A stretch of 62,641 bases of DNA, filler included, from Hausera hauseri (taxonomy: Eukaryota), in the NCBI GenBank assembly GCA_046269625.1. It is 11 parts of 11 records of this genome, joined end to end, with 100 filler letters (N's around TTAATTAATTAA, not from the genome) between each part and the next. Parts side by side here need not be neighbours in the genome. Positions count along the whole stretch, not along the records: positions 41,792 to 48,100 come from JBJURY010114654.1; positions 48,201 to 52,534 come from JBJURY010631441.1; positions 52,635 to 62,641 come from JBJURY010255514.1; 8 more parts are not named here. One strand, given 5' to 3'. The notes beneath the pieces were generated by a model that saw only the letters and a list, made by a program, of their open reading frames with translations, searched no databases and had not been told where the DNA came from. Position 1 is the stretch's first letter; each line of letters opens with the position of its first letter. The position numbers and the translations under genes were made by a program. Below are positions 47,501 through 61,030 of this stretch, one piece after another.

Positions 47501-48602
47501 ATTTGAGAATATTTGAGAATTAGATAAAATCCGTATAGTGTTGTAAATATATGCAAGGCATTTAACGATGCATTTAAACTAAGTGAATTATAATATTAAG
47601 TATTTCTGATATGCAATGACAAATGTAGGGCAATTTCGTCATTAAAAATCTTGCATCAAAAAATTTCAAATTCGCACTATCTCTTCATTTCTTAGGTAGT
47701 GGGATGATACTGGTTTTATAATATCAATTCTTCGTTGGAATTTTTCTATGAAAGTCCCACCTGAGATGCTATTTGATCGTCTCATTTCCATTTTTAACCT
47801 ATTTTTGACTTCTCTGATTTTCTTCGACATTTCTAATTTTCTTTAACTTTTGACTGCTAATTTTAATTCCAAAAAACGGTTTTGGTAACTAAAAAACTTT
47901 TATTGTTGTGACAATTTATAATCGATATTTTTCCTTTTAATCAACATGTAATATAATAAAAAAGGAGAATAAAATTCAACAGAAATATTTGAAAAACTAA
48001 GAATCTGATATCAATCTGATATCAACTGCGTCCAACCAACAAATCCGATTTGTGGCTAAAACTTAAACAGGTCTGGGACGGTCTTCAGCCTGAAATATTA
48101 NNNNNNNNNNNNNNNNNNNNNNNNNNNNNNNNNNNNNNNNNNNNTTAATTAATTAANNNNNNNNNNNNNNNNNNNNNNNNNNNNNNNNNNNNNNNNNNNN
48201 TAAATTTTTCTTCATTCTTTTTTGTCTCACAAATCTGTTCAATTGTCTAGCCAATATCATTAACATATTTAAATGTCGAATTTCGATAAGGCAAAGAGAT
48301 TTACTTTAAGTTTTGTTTATAACTAGCAAAATGCTTGCTTATCAATTAAGTCTTTACGCCAATGCACGAGAATAGTGTCATTTAACCACGTCATCCCTTA
48401 TCCTTTAGTAACGCAGTGAACTTCCTTATTTTTAATTTTTGTGTCATTTGTGACATCATGATGCTTAAGTACCATTTATCCTTTTAAAATATCCAATATA
48501 TTTTGTATTGATCTGCTTGTTTTCAATAAGAATTAATTTAGTTAATATCGTTTTTCAAAAACTCATGTAACTTAACAGTATTTTCAAGGCCGACGGGTTA
48601 TT

Positions 48603-50410
48603 ATGGATGACCGGTTGAAATCAGGAACCTTCAAACGTAAAGTCCGCGATGCTGGTGATTGTGAAAGTGCAAACAAGATATAGAAGAGAGGAAAATGAGC
48701 AACTGAGGTCATTTATGAACCGAAACAACTTCTGCTCTTCTGATAGGCTTACCAGCTGTGAAGCAGAAAAAATTTGCCAAGAAATAGAAGATACACCTAC
48801 CGTGATATTTTCACTCTCTTCTGTTCATGGTAATAGCAAAAAAGAAAGCGCTAAACAAGCCATGAAGAACAGCAATGGTACACACAAACAAATGTCATTC
48901 CAGCATGAAAAATAACCAAAAAGTTTAAAAAAATATTACACTGACTATTTGAACATGTGATGATTTTGGTTTGGTGATAAGGAAGTCTCAAACCTCCACT
49001 GCGTTTTATGTTATGAAATTTGGGCCCATGAAGCAATGAAACCCGCCAAATTGAAGCGTCATTTTGAATCCAATTTGTGAATAAACCTCTAGTGGTTTTT
49101 GAGAATAAGTACAAACGGCTATAACAAAAGAACGGAATGTTGCACCTTTTTGCTTCTGACGATAAAAACACTAAGGCTTCAGAGGCATCCTACAAAAACC
49201 GAAAAAAAAAACTCACTATTGAAGAGAATTTGATCAAAGTGATAACAAAAATAATGCTTGGTGAAAAGGTGACAAACAAAAAGCCATGGTTGAAAATGTG
49301 AAGTATCAGCTGTTATTAACATGACGTCAAAGTCAATACTTCGTACTTCAACTTGATGAATATATTTACATAGCGAACGAAGCAAACCTTATGGCATGTG
49401 TCAGATACGAATACTTAGGCTCTGTTCATGATGACCTTTTATTCTGTATATCTGTACCGACCAATACAGCTGGTGGGGACATTTTGAGGTACTTAACAAT
49501 TATATATTAAATAACAAAGTTGAATGAGTTCGATGTGTCTGTATTAACATTGATAGTGCTGAATCAATGACGGGAAAAATTAAAAAAGTTGCTCCACTGG
49601 CAGTGGCATTCATCGAGAACAATTCGCAATAAAAGATTCCCGTCGATATTAAAACAGTAAGGGATGAATCAGTAAATATTATAAACTTTATCAAAGGGCA
49701 CCCTTTGAAAGCGCAGATTTTTAAAGCCTTATGCGAAATTATGGGAAGTGAACACACCAAACTACTTTTTCATGCAGAAGTTCGTTGATTATCGCGTGGA
49801 AAAGTGCTCACTCGTTTGTTTAAATTGCGCGAGGGGGTTAAAATTTATTTGCGCAACTGTAACCATCAAACTTTCCATTTGTTGAATTGCATGCAATACT
49901 TTTCATGGCTTGATTAGATGGAGTATCTCGTCGACATTTTTAGCCGTCTAAACGCACTTAACATAGCCCTTCAGGGTAGAGATGTCACAATTTTTAACGT
50001 TCAAGACAAAGTAAAGGCTATGAGCATAAAATTAGAGCTGTGGAGTGATCGCCTCAATCGCCGAAAATTTGACTCATTCCAAACCCTCTCTCGTGACGTT
50101 ACCGAAGGAAATTTATGAGCCGATTGTTATAAGCTTCAAGGTGTACCTACATAGCCTGCATGAGCAATTCAGAATTTATTTCCAGAACTGGAGGAAGAGT
50201 CTGAATGAATCTGAAACTCATTTACAAACATGAAATCTATTAGTTTTATGATATCGCTGTGAAGCATTTCCAACGCTTACCGTTGCGAAATTGGATTTTC
50301 AACACATGTGGGAGTAAAACAAATAAGAGAAGCCTATTGAACGTGGAATCTGACATGAGATTGAAAATCTCCAATATTGATCCAGATATTATCAACTTAA
50401 TATTTCATCA
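48603..50410 (+). mobile_element. hAT transposase (Buster/ZBED5/SCAND3-like), decayed
   Basis: MDDRLKSGTFKRK, EAMKPAKLKRH, VRYEY...DDLLFC, LFHAEVR*LSRGKVLTRLF, YLVDIFSRLNALNIALQG, CEIGFS...DMRLKIS. Confidence 0.9.
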
Positions 50411-51081
50411 AAAACAATTATTGTGGTGGCTCATTACGCCTGGACCATGATTTTTTTTCGATTGACGTTATCGCAAACAATGCATTTTTCACCGTCAGTG
50501 ATAATTTGTTTCAGAAAAAAGGAATGCAAATCGAAAGCGTTGAATGAATTTCTTTCAATTCATGTGGAATCCAAATATCAAGTTTTGTAGCGAATTGGAG
50601 ACGTTTTAAATGTTTCTCAATCGATGTATGTGATACATTCAACCTCTCTGCAATCTCTCGCACAGTTACACGACGATCCGACTCGATTATAACTTTGATT
50701 CGGTCATCATCAAGCTCAACTGGTCGACCTGAACGTTGTTCATCTTTGAGAGAAAAAACAATTTCGGCACTGTCTTTCTTTTAAGGCTTCCTTACCATAC
50801 ACATCACGTAACCTTTTAGCTGCTTACGCTGCGTTCTTTCCTTTATGGAAATAAAAATGTAAAATTTGGCGAAAATGCTCGTTTCTGCACTCCATATTAA
50901 AATTGACGCCAAATTGACAAATTTAAACAAAAATATGCCAAATTTGCTTGTAATGCAGGGTAAGAGTCACAGCTAACAATTGTCAGAAGGAAAACATCAT
51001 AACATTGACAGAAGTCTTTAAAAAAGATAGTCACAGACATCTATGTGTTAAATCGGCAATTACTTAGTTGCCAACCTAATA
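50410..51081 (-). mobile_element. Truncated mariner (5' TIR and N-terminal transposase)
   Basis: TIR-like TATTAGGTTGGCAACTAAGTAATTGCCG; ATG 50895 MECRNEHFRQILHFYF, RSGRPVELDD, WIPHEL, ITDGEK. Confidence 0.88.
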
Positions 51082-51204
51082 GAATATATATAACAAACCA
51101 CTAACAAAACAATCTTATAGAACATCGAAAAAAGTATTAATCGACAATACAGAAACTTTTGATTTTACGTGCACAATCTTTACACGTTAGGTGTCTCTTT
51201 TTTA

Positions 51205-52465
51205 TCAGGTTGTGTGAAAAGTATTGTCGGTTTTTGTGAATGACATTTTAATAGCATGTTATTGGTTACCGACTTGGACTTACCATATTGTTTTTAGTAC
51301 ATATGTGTAGCCCATAACCTATTTTTATTGCACATTTTGTTTCACTGTTCCAACATCATTATGTATTATTATACACATTCAACATTACGATGACTTCTCA
51401 GCAAATTCGAGTGTGCCTCTTGTACGAATTCAAACTTAACCATTCTGCAACCGAGGCAGCCCGCAATATCACGCAGGCGTGGGGTGAGGACTCTGTTACA
51501 GAACGCATGGTGCAGCGTTAGTTTGCATGCTTTTGTTCTGGCGATATAAATCTTGAAGACAAGCCACGTGCAGGACGTCCATCACTTGTTGATAATGAAG
51601 TTCTGAAGGAGAGGAATGAATCTGACTCCTCTCAGAGTACGTGAGCTTTCACTATTCCTCAATGTCCAACCTAAAACCATTGAAAACCACCTTCATGAAA
51701 TTGGTAAAGTGTGGGCCCTTTACAAATTGAGTGAAAAGAACAAAACCCAATGTATCGTTATCTACACTTCTTTGCTATTACACAACAGTAATGACCCTTT
51801 TGGAAAGAATTATCTCCAGTAATGAGAAGTGGATTATTTATGACAATTCTCATTGTTCTGACCAGTGGCTGGATGAGGATGAGCCTCCTGGAAAAGTGGC
51901 CAAACGAGATATTCATTCTAAGAAGACAATGATATCTGTCTGGTGGTCCATGGCTAGTGTTATTCACTATTTGTTCCTCAAACAAGGTACAACCATCATA
52001 TCTGATATCTACTGCAAGCAGCTTGACAAAGTGAATGAGAAACTTCAACACCAGCAGCTTACATTGGTCAATAGAAAAATTCCCCTAATTCTTTACGATA
52101 CTGCGAGGCCACACACGTCCAAAGACTGTGCAAAAGCTGAAAGAACTTGGTTACGACACTGTTCCCCGCCCTCCTTATTCTCCTGACATCGCTCCTACAG
52201 ATTTTCACTTATTCCGATATTTGGCCAACATCCTAAAAGGAAAGTTCTTCAAAGACTAAGTTGAGGTGGAAAATGCTTTTTTCAACTTCGTAAACTCCAA
52301 GAAACCTAGCCTTTACAAATCAGGCATTGAAAAGCTAGTGGAACGTTGGTTAAAGGTTATAGGAGTAAATGGTGACTATTTCAATGAATAAACTTTATTG
52401 TATGGAAAATGTCTTATGTTCAGAGTTTGGGTCCAAAAACCGACATTACTTTTTACACAACCTGA
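51205..52465 (+). mobile_element. Complete mariner element (1261 bp) with TIRs and TA target duplication; transposase 51390-52391 disrupted
   Basis: 32-bp TIRs TCAGGTTGTGT(G/A)AAAAGTA(T/A)TGTCGGTTTTTG flanked by TA; motifs RAGRP, ISSNEKW, MISVWW, YDTARPH, PYSPDIAPTDFHLF. Confidence 0.96.
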
Positions 52466-52634
52466 TAGTATTCTATAATAAAATTTATTCACTATTCATT
52501 CTTTTGAACAGCTATAACAATTGCGATATCTGACNNNNNNNNNNNNNNNNNNNNNNNNNNNNNNNNNNNNNNNNNNNNTTAATTAATTAANNNNNNNNNN
52601 NNNNNNNNNNNNNNNNNNNNNNNNNNNNNNNNNN

Positions 52635-54794
52635 CATTGTAATGGTACAAAAGAAAGATGGATCCATTAGAATGTGTGTGGACTATCGCGTTCTGAATGA
52701 AGTAACAGTTGACAATACTTATCCGTTGCCAAGAATCGATGAGACGTTAGATAAATTAAAGAACAAAATGTTATTTACTACGTTAGATTTATAGAAAGAC
52801 TTCTGGCAAATAGAGGTACAGGAAGAAGACAAACAGAAAACAATTTTTTTAACTGCAGATGGACATTACGAATTTAATCATATGGCATTTGGAATGAAGA
52901 ACGCTCCAGCAACCTTCAAGACAGCTAAGGATATAATTACTATGGATGCCCCACACATAACGTGCTATGTGGATGATGTAATAATAGCCTCAAGCGACTA
53001 TAAACAACATAAAGAACACCTAAAAGACATGTTAGAGGAATTAAAATTAGTTTAAAGAAATGTTGTTTTGCTTAAACTAAAGTCGACTTTTTAGGTCATA
53101 CAGTAAGTAAAGGTGGTATTAGCCCACAAATTGGAAAAATCAATAAAATTCAAGATTTTCAAGTCCCAAAAACAGTTAGAGTAGTTCGAAAATTTCTTGG
53201 TCTTACAGGCTACTATCGGAAATTTGTTAAAGATTATCAACAAATAGCTTCTCATCTACATTCGTTATTACAAGAAAACTCTAAGCTTATATGGACACAA
53301 AAATGTCAAAAGCTTATCAACAACTAAAGGACAATTTATTGGAATCACCGATAATAGCTTATGCAAATATGTCGAAACCATATTTTCTAGCTACGAATGC
53401 AAGTAAAGTTGGAATCGGAGTTGTTCTATCACAAAAAGATGATCAAGGACAGGAACATCCTATATCGTTTGGAGGGAGAAAACTGAAGAAGCATGTGCAA
53501 AACTATTCTACAATCAAAAGAGAACTACTCACGATTGTATATCACTGGAACAGTATGGACAACATTTGTCAGAGACTAAACCGATTATTATTTACACCGA
53601 CCATAAACCACTACAGTGGTTAAAAAATCGTAAAAACCCAAGTAACTATTTGATGAAGTTGGCAATATTTACTTCAGCCCTACGATTTGAAGTTCGAGTA
53701 TAAAACTGGTAAGGCTGACGCAAATGCGGATTATATATCAAGGATACCTGAGGATTTGGATCAAAAAGATGAAGAAATGATGGATAAACCAGGTGTTATA
53801 GCAGCCATCTGGAGTATCACAGAATAAGAAGAATCGTTACAACAAAAATCAACAGAATGATGAACAAATAAAACAAATTAAAGAATATCTCCAAAAGAAA
53901 ACCATACCAAAAGGTATAGATCTCTACACTCATTTGACAGTTTGCCGAAAATTATCAGATAAACGATGGTATATTATATTATGACTATAAAGGAAATTTG
54001 GCCGTTGTTGCCCCTCAAGAAGACATAAAACTACTGTTAACACTGCTCCATGACGGCATGTTGGGAGGTCATCAATCAAAGAAGCGAATCTTAAGCAGAC
54101 TGAAAAGAAAATATTATTGGTATATGTATAGAGATATAGAAGAGTGGTGTAAAAGTTGTCCTGTTTGTGCTACGAGGAAAACAGGAACAAGAATTAAGGT
54201 CGACCTTAAACCACTGGAATGCCCACCGGCTCCAATGTAGTTCTTAGCAATGGACAATTTGGGACTGCTGACTATGAAAATAAATGGAAACAAGTATATG
54301 CTAGTGTTTGTTGACTTATTTTCCAGATGGCCAGTGGTAGTCCCAATACCCGATCAAAAGACACAAACTATTGCTCTAGCATTTGTTGAAGAAATTGTGT
54401 TCAATTACGGAGCACCTACTAAACTATTAACAGACCAAGCTCCAAACTTTACAGAAGTAATGGCGGAAATTTCAAAAATATTTCGAATATTACAGTTAAA
54501 AACTACTCCATGCCACCCGCAAACTAACGGGATTGTAGAAAGATTTAATGGAACCATAACTAACATCTGGCAACCATGATTAATGAACGGCAGGAGGACT
54601 GGGACGAATATATTAGACCTGGTTTATTCGCAATTAGGAATAAAATTCACCCTACGACGAAGGAAACGCCATTTTATCTAATGTACCTCAGAGATACTCA
54701 CATGCCAGTTGATATAGAATTCAAAATGCCAGTATCTCAGCTAAAGGATATAGAGTATAGAAAGTTATTAGAGGAAAAACTTGAACCACTGTAG
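52635..54794 (+). pseudogene. pol: Ty3/Gypsy pol (RT-RNase H-integrase), decayed, A-rich family
   Basis: [70 protein letters not shown]. Confidence 0.93.
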
Positions 54795-56197
54795 TTTTCT
54801 TGTTGTGGAAAAAGTTTATCCCGCATAAATATCATTTGTATCCGGTGTTTTGGTGGCTTCCACCGTTCCCCAATCTGTATTTCCACCACCAAGGTCATGT
54901 TTGGACTAGATTTGTATACTTCCATCATTAAAAAACAAAATCACCAGCAGGTGTAACAAGTATCAACTTTATATTTTTAAATTTTCAAACATCAATATTT
55001 TATTAATCCCAATCCAACCAGCTTTAACATCCATGGTTGAAAGACTGAGAATCGTCCTGTTGATAAAACGATACCACACCGAAAACATTAAAGACAGTCA
55101 GTTGCTGAAAAAGATTTCTATGTTTCAAACCATCGATCTACATTTTCTTTACTAAATCTTTTTAAAACCATCCCAGGGAATAAAATAACACAATGTTCTC
55201 CACAAAGCATACCGGGAAATAGAAGTAAAATAGTAGAAATGCAGACAAGATTTTTGTTGATAAACCGACAATGGTTTGATTTACATCTGATTATACCATT
55301 TGAAAACCAAATCACTATTTGTCCAAATATTACAGAAAAACACAAATAAATACACAGGTCATGGAGTTTATAATCGACTTTATATAAAGACAGAAGTCTC
55401 TAAAAATACTAAATGGTATCAATACTACTGTACTGATATTTATATATAATTCGAGCTACGAGTTGTCATATAAATAAGACAAAATGCTACAGCCATTAAG
55501 AATATCAGAATCACAATATTGTCAGGCTTGTTTAGCCACTCACCCGAATCTGGCGAATGAACACATTTGTCTCCTGTTTAACTTATAGTTCGAAGAAATC
55601 GATCAATTATATCAACAGTAATGATTAGAGATATACAGTTGATTTCGAACTTAGTTTTGTTTCGACTGGTTTGCGTAGAAACTATGGTCTGGCTAACCTT
55701 TGGATATAGTTCTGCCATTTCCAGAAAACGTCTTGCTTTATTGTTCCAAACCGGGGCAAAACGAGCAAAAGTGGGCGAGTCAAATGGAAATTGCACAACG
55801 TTGTACATCAACGACTTTAAACATTACGAGATATTATAAATAAAATATTTTACACCATCTATTTGGATTTTCTATTAAAATTGACTAAAAAGGGTACATT
55901 TACAGAACACAAAAAAATTTGTTAACACGATTCATACGTGCATATTCTTCACTCAGCAATAGTAAAATTACACCAAAAAATAAAATAGGAATACAGATAC
56001 AGCACCAAGACGCACAAAACGAGTGATTGACAATTTATCGGCAAATACGACTCTCAAATTCATAATAATTCAAATGATGTGGAAAGACTTTAATCACTGA
56101 CGGTTGAAATGCACAATTAGCACCGATCTGTAATTGGTGATCTAACGGTAAAACTGTCCAAACCTGGGGATCGGGCCCGACCCTTGGTCTGCGCAAC

Positions 56198-59100
56198 AAT
56201 ACCCTCTCCCGTGGAAAGGTATAAACTATAGAGATAAAATGAAGTGGGAAACAAATGCAAACAGAACAGTGTAGACTACCTATGTGGTCTTCGTATGTAT
56301 AAGACGCTGTATCCCGTCAGCGTTTATCCCCTTACTGTAGGTATTAAATGTGACTGATTTGAAATTTTTCGATGTCTTTGTAACTGCTTGCTGAGATGAT
56401 TGAGGTGAAGCAATGGTGAATTTTGTCGTGTAAGGTGTTGTGTCGTTCAAGGACGAATAATAATTTGGAGAAGGCGATGCAGTAGAAAAGGAAGTAAGGG
56501 GTGTTTGGTTAGTCAAAGGGGAGTTTGGAGCAGGTTCTGGGAAAGGAGTAGAAGTAGGGGTCGGAATGTAAAAAGGTGCAGGGAGTGTAAAGACCAAAAA
56601 AGGGACAGTCGAAGGAGTTAGAAAGGGGGTAGAAGATTCAATTTGGACGGTATCATTTACGAAAAAGGCAGGCTTGACGTTGTTGATATGCACCGCTAGT
56701 TCCTTACCGTCTTTAGGAATAATGGCATTGTGAGTGCAATTGAACGAGTTTGTAGGGCCCCAAATACCGTGGTTGAAAACCGCACAACGCCTGGTTTCTC
56801 AGCCAGACAAACTTTGCAGAATATAAATCCTCGGGTAGGTACGTTTTATTGTTATATAGAATTCTGCAGAATGAATTTTTACTAACTGAGACAAAGTGGT
56901 TCTGTGACGTTCGGATAGCTTCTTCTGTAGATGTATCTTTCAAGGCAGTTAGCTCGAATAATGAACATACAGGTGCTCTAAATAGGGCTTCCGTAGGTGA
57001 ACAACTTGTAGAAGTGGTAGGCGTGTTTCGCCAAACCAGTAGAACTAGCGAAAGAAGAGCAGTCCAACTGCTAATGGATTCAGCGAGGATTCTCAGTGAC
57101 GTTTTCAGTGGTCTGTGGAATCTCTCTAGAAGACTATTCGATTGGGAGTGATGCGGTGTTGTGTGTATATGGCTGATATCTAATCGGTTAACGAGTGATT
57201 TAAACAAGTTGAACTCAAACTGGTACCTTGGTCCGTAATAATGAACCTAGGGAATTCAAATCTGCTGATAGAAGTGAGCATGAAAACATCGGCTATTGTG
57301 ACCGTTTTAGTGCTCCGCACAGAGACAGCTTCTGGCCATTGGGAGGAACGATCCATCATGGTCAAAATGAACTGATGACCGTTGTCAGGAGGGAGCGGGC
57401 CAACAAGATGTATATGTACGGACTCGAAACGCGATGTGCAAGGGAAATGATATAGTGGTGGCTTCAAATGCTTGATGATTTTAAATTTCTGGCAGGCCAC
57501 ACATGCCTGAATCCACACTTGCACATCAGAGTGCATAGACGGCAAGCGAAAAGTGGCTTTAGCACCAGGATGATGTAGTGAATGTACGCTGTTGAATGCC
57601 TATTTTTGCAAGGCAGGAGCTAAGATTATTTTAGGCTGTCTTGGTTTGGACGTGTCGAAAGCCACGCCATCAATGATATTGCAGGAAGTAAAAGATTTAA
57701 GGATGTCTTGGGGTGGTTGATTTTCCTGAAGCTGGTTTTGAGTGAAAATAGGCTTAAAGTTAATTGATATTACTGACCTAGATAAAAAGTCGGTGACTAA
57801 GTTGTTAACGCCATTGATATGTTTTATTTCGAAATTAAATGTCGACAAGTACGAAATCTGCCGTTCCTGTTGAGTAGAAGGGTGTTTTATTCCCATGATG
57901 TTTATTAGGCGCTTATGGTCAGTTTGTATGGTGAAACGCCGAGCAGTGAGCAAATGGAAAAAATGTTTTAAGGCGAAAACTATCGATATTAGTTCTCGAT
58001 TGAACGTGGAGTATTTGGTTTCAGGAGGTGCTAGTTTGCGTGAAAAGAACTCCAGCGGCTGATTTTCGACTTTATGAATCTGATGTAGTACAGCGCCTAC
58101 GGCGGTAGTAGAGGCATCTGTAGTAAGGATAAGCTCAGCTTCTGGTTTAGGGTATGCTATTATTTGAATTGGTTTTAGGCCTTCTCTTAACTTATCGAAC
58201 TTATCTAGCAGTTCCGGTGTCCATAGTATTGGCTGGTGTTTTTTTCCGCTACATAGGTAAGTAAAGGGTGCGGTTAGTTTGGAGCACTATGGAACATACT
58301 TGTGGATGAAGTGCAATGTACCCAGGAAGCTCCTCATTTCAGTGGTTTTACGCGGTAGTTATACTTTTTTGAGGGTTTCGACACGGTAAGGCTGAGGACA
58401 ATGCCTTTCAGGAGAGATGACGTGTCCGAGGAAATTTGTGCATCGCTTGAAGAAATAACATTTTGTAAAGTTCATCTGGATGTTGTACTGGTGTAAACGG
58501 TAAAAATTGAATCGTAGATGTTCCTCATGCTGCTTGGTGGATGAAAAAGCAACTAAAATGTCATCAATGTAAGGATAAGCATAAGGAAGATCAGAAAGAA
58601 TTGCATCTATGTAACGCTGGAAAGTTTGTGCGGTATTCCGTAGGCCAAAAGGCATATATAAATAATCGTATAGGCCCAAAGGTGTCATAACGGCGGTTTT
58701 TTCGATATCTTCGAGTGCCACGGAGATTTGGTGGTAAGCCTTGGCCAAGTCAATAATGGAATAGATTGTGGTGGAATTGAGACAGTGTAATGTCTTTTAT
58801 CAATGGTAAGGCGTACGCGTCCATTATAGTTAGAATTTAGCTGCTCAGTGATCACCACATGGTCGCCACTATCCGTCCTTTTTTGTACCACATCTAAAGA
58901 AGACCATGGTGACTTTGATCGACGTACAATTCCGGAGCGTTCAAGGTTTGCGAATTCGGCTTCAACCGCCTATCTGCGTTATGGCGACAATGGTCGTATC
59001 TTTTGACGAATGGGCCTTTGGTGTTGTGTAATAATGTGGTGCAAAGTGCCATTTTTTGTGTGAAAGACCTACCTTTTATAACTACACGAGTGCATGACGT

Positions 59101-59765
59101 ATTAAGGTGCTGTTACAGATTTTTCGGCAATTGTCATAGATCAGGCGGGAGCCAAATGATGTTGTCATTAATGGTTGAAATTTGAAAGTTACTCGGTGGC
59201 TCAACATCTGGAAGTATTTCAGGTAGACTGTATGTGTTGGAAAATGAATCTGAGGTACTATGGTGCCGAAATCACACTTGTCGATGTTTAATCTTGCTAC
59301 ATTGTCATTATCGTATTTTATTAATTTACGAAATATATCCTGTTTATGTGAAATAACTGGTTTATTAGCTGGTACTTTCAAAATTGACTTCCTTGTGATA
59401 CTCGTCCGTGTGAAGATTGAGACGCTATTTAACTGTTCGGTTTGATTTTTATTGAAGGTAATTTTCAAACAACATTGGTTACAATCCACCAGAATATTGT
59501 AGTGCAACAGAATTTCGGACCCAAGAATGGCTGTCTGGACATTTGCGACTATGAATGTCCAATAAAACTCTGATAAGTTTGGCAAGGTGAAATAAAGTTC
59601 AGAAGTTCCGGAAGCATGCAACGATTGTCCGGAAGCTGTAAAAAGAAATTTGACTTTAGATGTAACATTTTGAACGGGAAAGGTGAGCGGTAGAAGCGAT
59701 ATCGCTGCGCCTGTGTCGATAAGGAAGTTTGTATGTTGAGGCGCCGGTGCGATGGTGTGACACCT
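56198..59765 (-). mobile_element. pol: Ty3/Gypsy family A copy 2 (protease-RT-RNase H-integrase-S/T/P tail, PPT 56201-56214, LTR start 56198), decayed
   Basis: FLIDTGA, MPFGLRN, YIDDIL, TTDAS, CVACQK, MMDRSSQWPEA, LERFHR, YLGPY; colinear with 1-2990. Confidence 0.93.
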
Positions 59766-60019
59766 GTTTAATTCAATGTGTCAACGAAATCGATTATCAT
59801 ATCTATTTGCAGAGTTTTATCCATTTAACAAAACAGAATATTGAAGATATCAGTAATTATACGAAGACCAAAGATATGTCAATAACAACAACAGTAAATA
59901 CCACAGAATACAAGCCTCTAAATCACGACAATCAAGCCCTTGATTTAAGCCATTCCTCGAGTCCAACTGATGCAAACAGTATATACGTGGAACCGATGCG
60001 GAAATTAAAACAAAACCGT

Positions 60020-61030
60020 TCGTAGTTGTTGAAATTCAATCATACAAATGTGCTAAGGTGTACAGTTTGATTCAAGACGAAAAATCGACCAATAGCATCA
60101 CGGTACCTTTAATGAACCCTGTCGATACAAAGAAATTACGACTCTACCCGAAAAATTCTCCTATGGGTGCAAGAGTGGATGACAGAAATTACATTATAGA
60201 GATATATACCAAATAGAAAAATGGTCAACATTCAAGGATTTGGTTTAGTATTCATGGGATTGTCTTTAAGTTCGAATTCAAATCAAGTTATTACTAATGT
60301 CAATGTAATACTTACGAGACTGAAGCAAGTCCTCGGTAAATTGACAGATCGAACATTTTACCTTGATGTATCACAATCGGTAACGTTAAATGATTTCAAA
60401 ACCTTTTATCAACGCAATTATCCCAGATTACAAAATTAAAAATTCTATTTACTTTAATAAAATGCAATGATTTCCGCTAATTTCAAAGGATGTCAGACAC
60501 CATCCAGAAAATGTCCACTGTAAATTTAACAACACCTTTCCTAATATTAAAGATAAATCATACACATGTACGAAAATATACAATCTGATGAAACATAAAA
60601 AATCACGAATATTCTAAACGTATCGGTAATGAATTCGGTCAACTTTAAAAAGCTTAGGTTCGATTCCAAGAAGCCTGCTAATGGTGCCGACCTACCCATT
60701 GGAAATCATGAAATTGAAGTATATTTACCAATCGGTGAAATGATTAGCATTATTGAATTTGGAGTAGCTATTGTTGATCAATTACCGACTTTCAATTCGG
60801 ATAAAGTAAGCAAAAACATTAAAGCAATAATAACGAGGCTCAATGTTGTGGACAATGAACCAAACAGCCTTTGTTTGTGAATTTACGAACGCAGCTAATA
60901 TTTAGGAATCTACGAAATCTACAACCAATACAATATTCATAAGTGAATAAAGCGATTATTCAATTTTCTTTGCTCAAACGAATGAAGATATCCGTTATTT
61001 TCAAAGGTTGCAAAATGCCTGATATTTCCA
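60020..61030 (+). pseudogene. Two tandem diverged copies of an unknown ~170-aa domain, disrupted
   Basis: MNPVDTKKLRL..GA..IEIY..MVNIQGFG..NSNQVITNVNVILTRL..ISANFKGC versus MNSVNFKKLRF..GA..IEVY..MISIIEFG..NSDKVSKNIKAIITRL..ISVIFKGC. Confidence 0.6.

Noticed and set aside
54795-55850. Possible spliced host gene fragment on the minus strand
   Set aside because: Short ORFs look coding-like, but I could not recognise a family or build a consistent exon chain.
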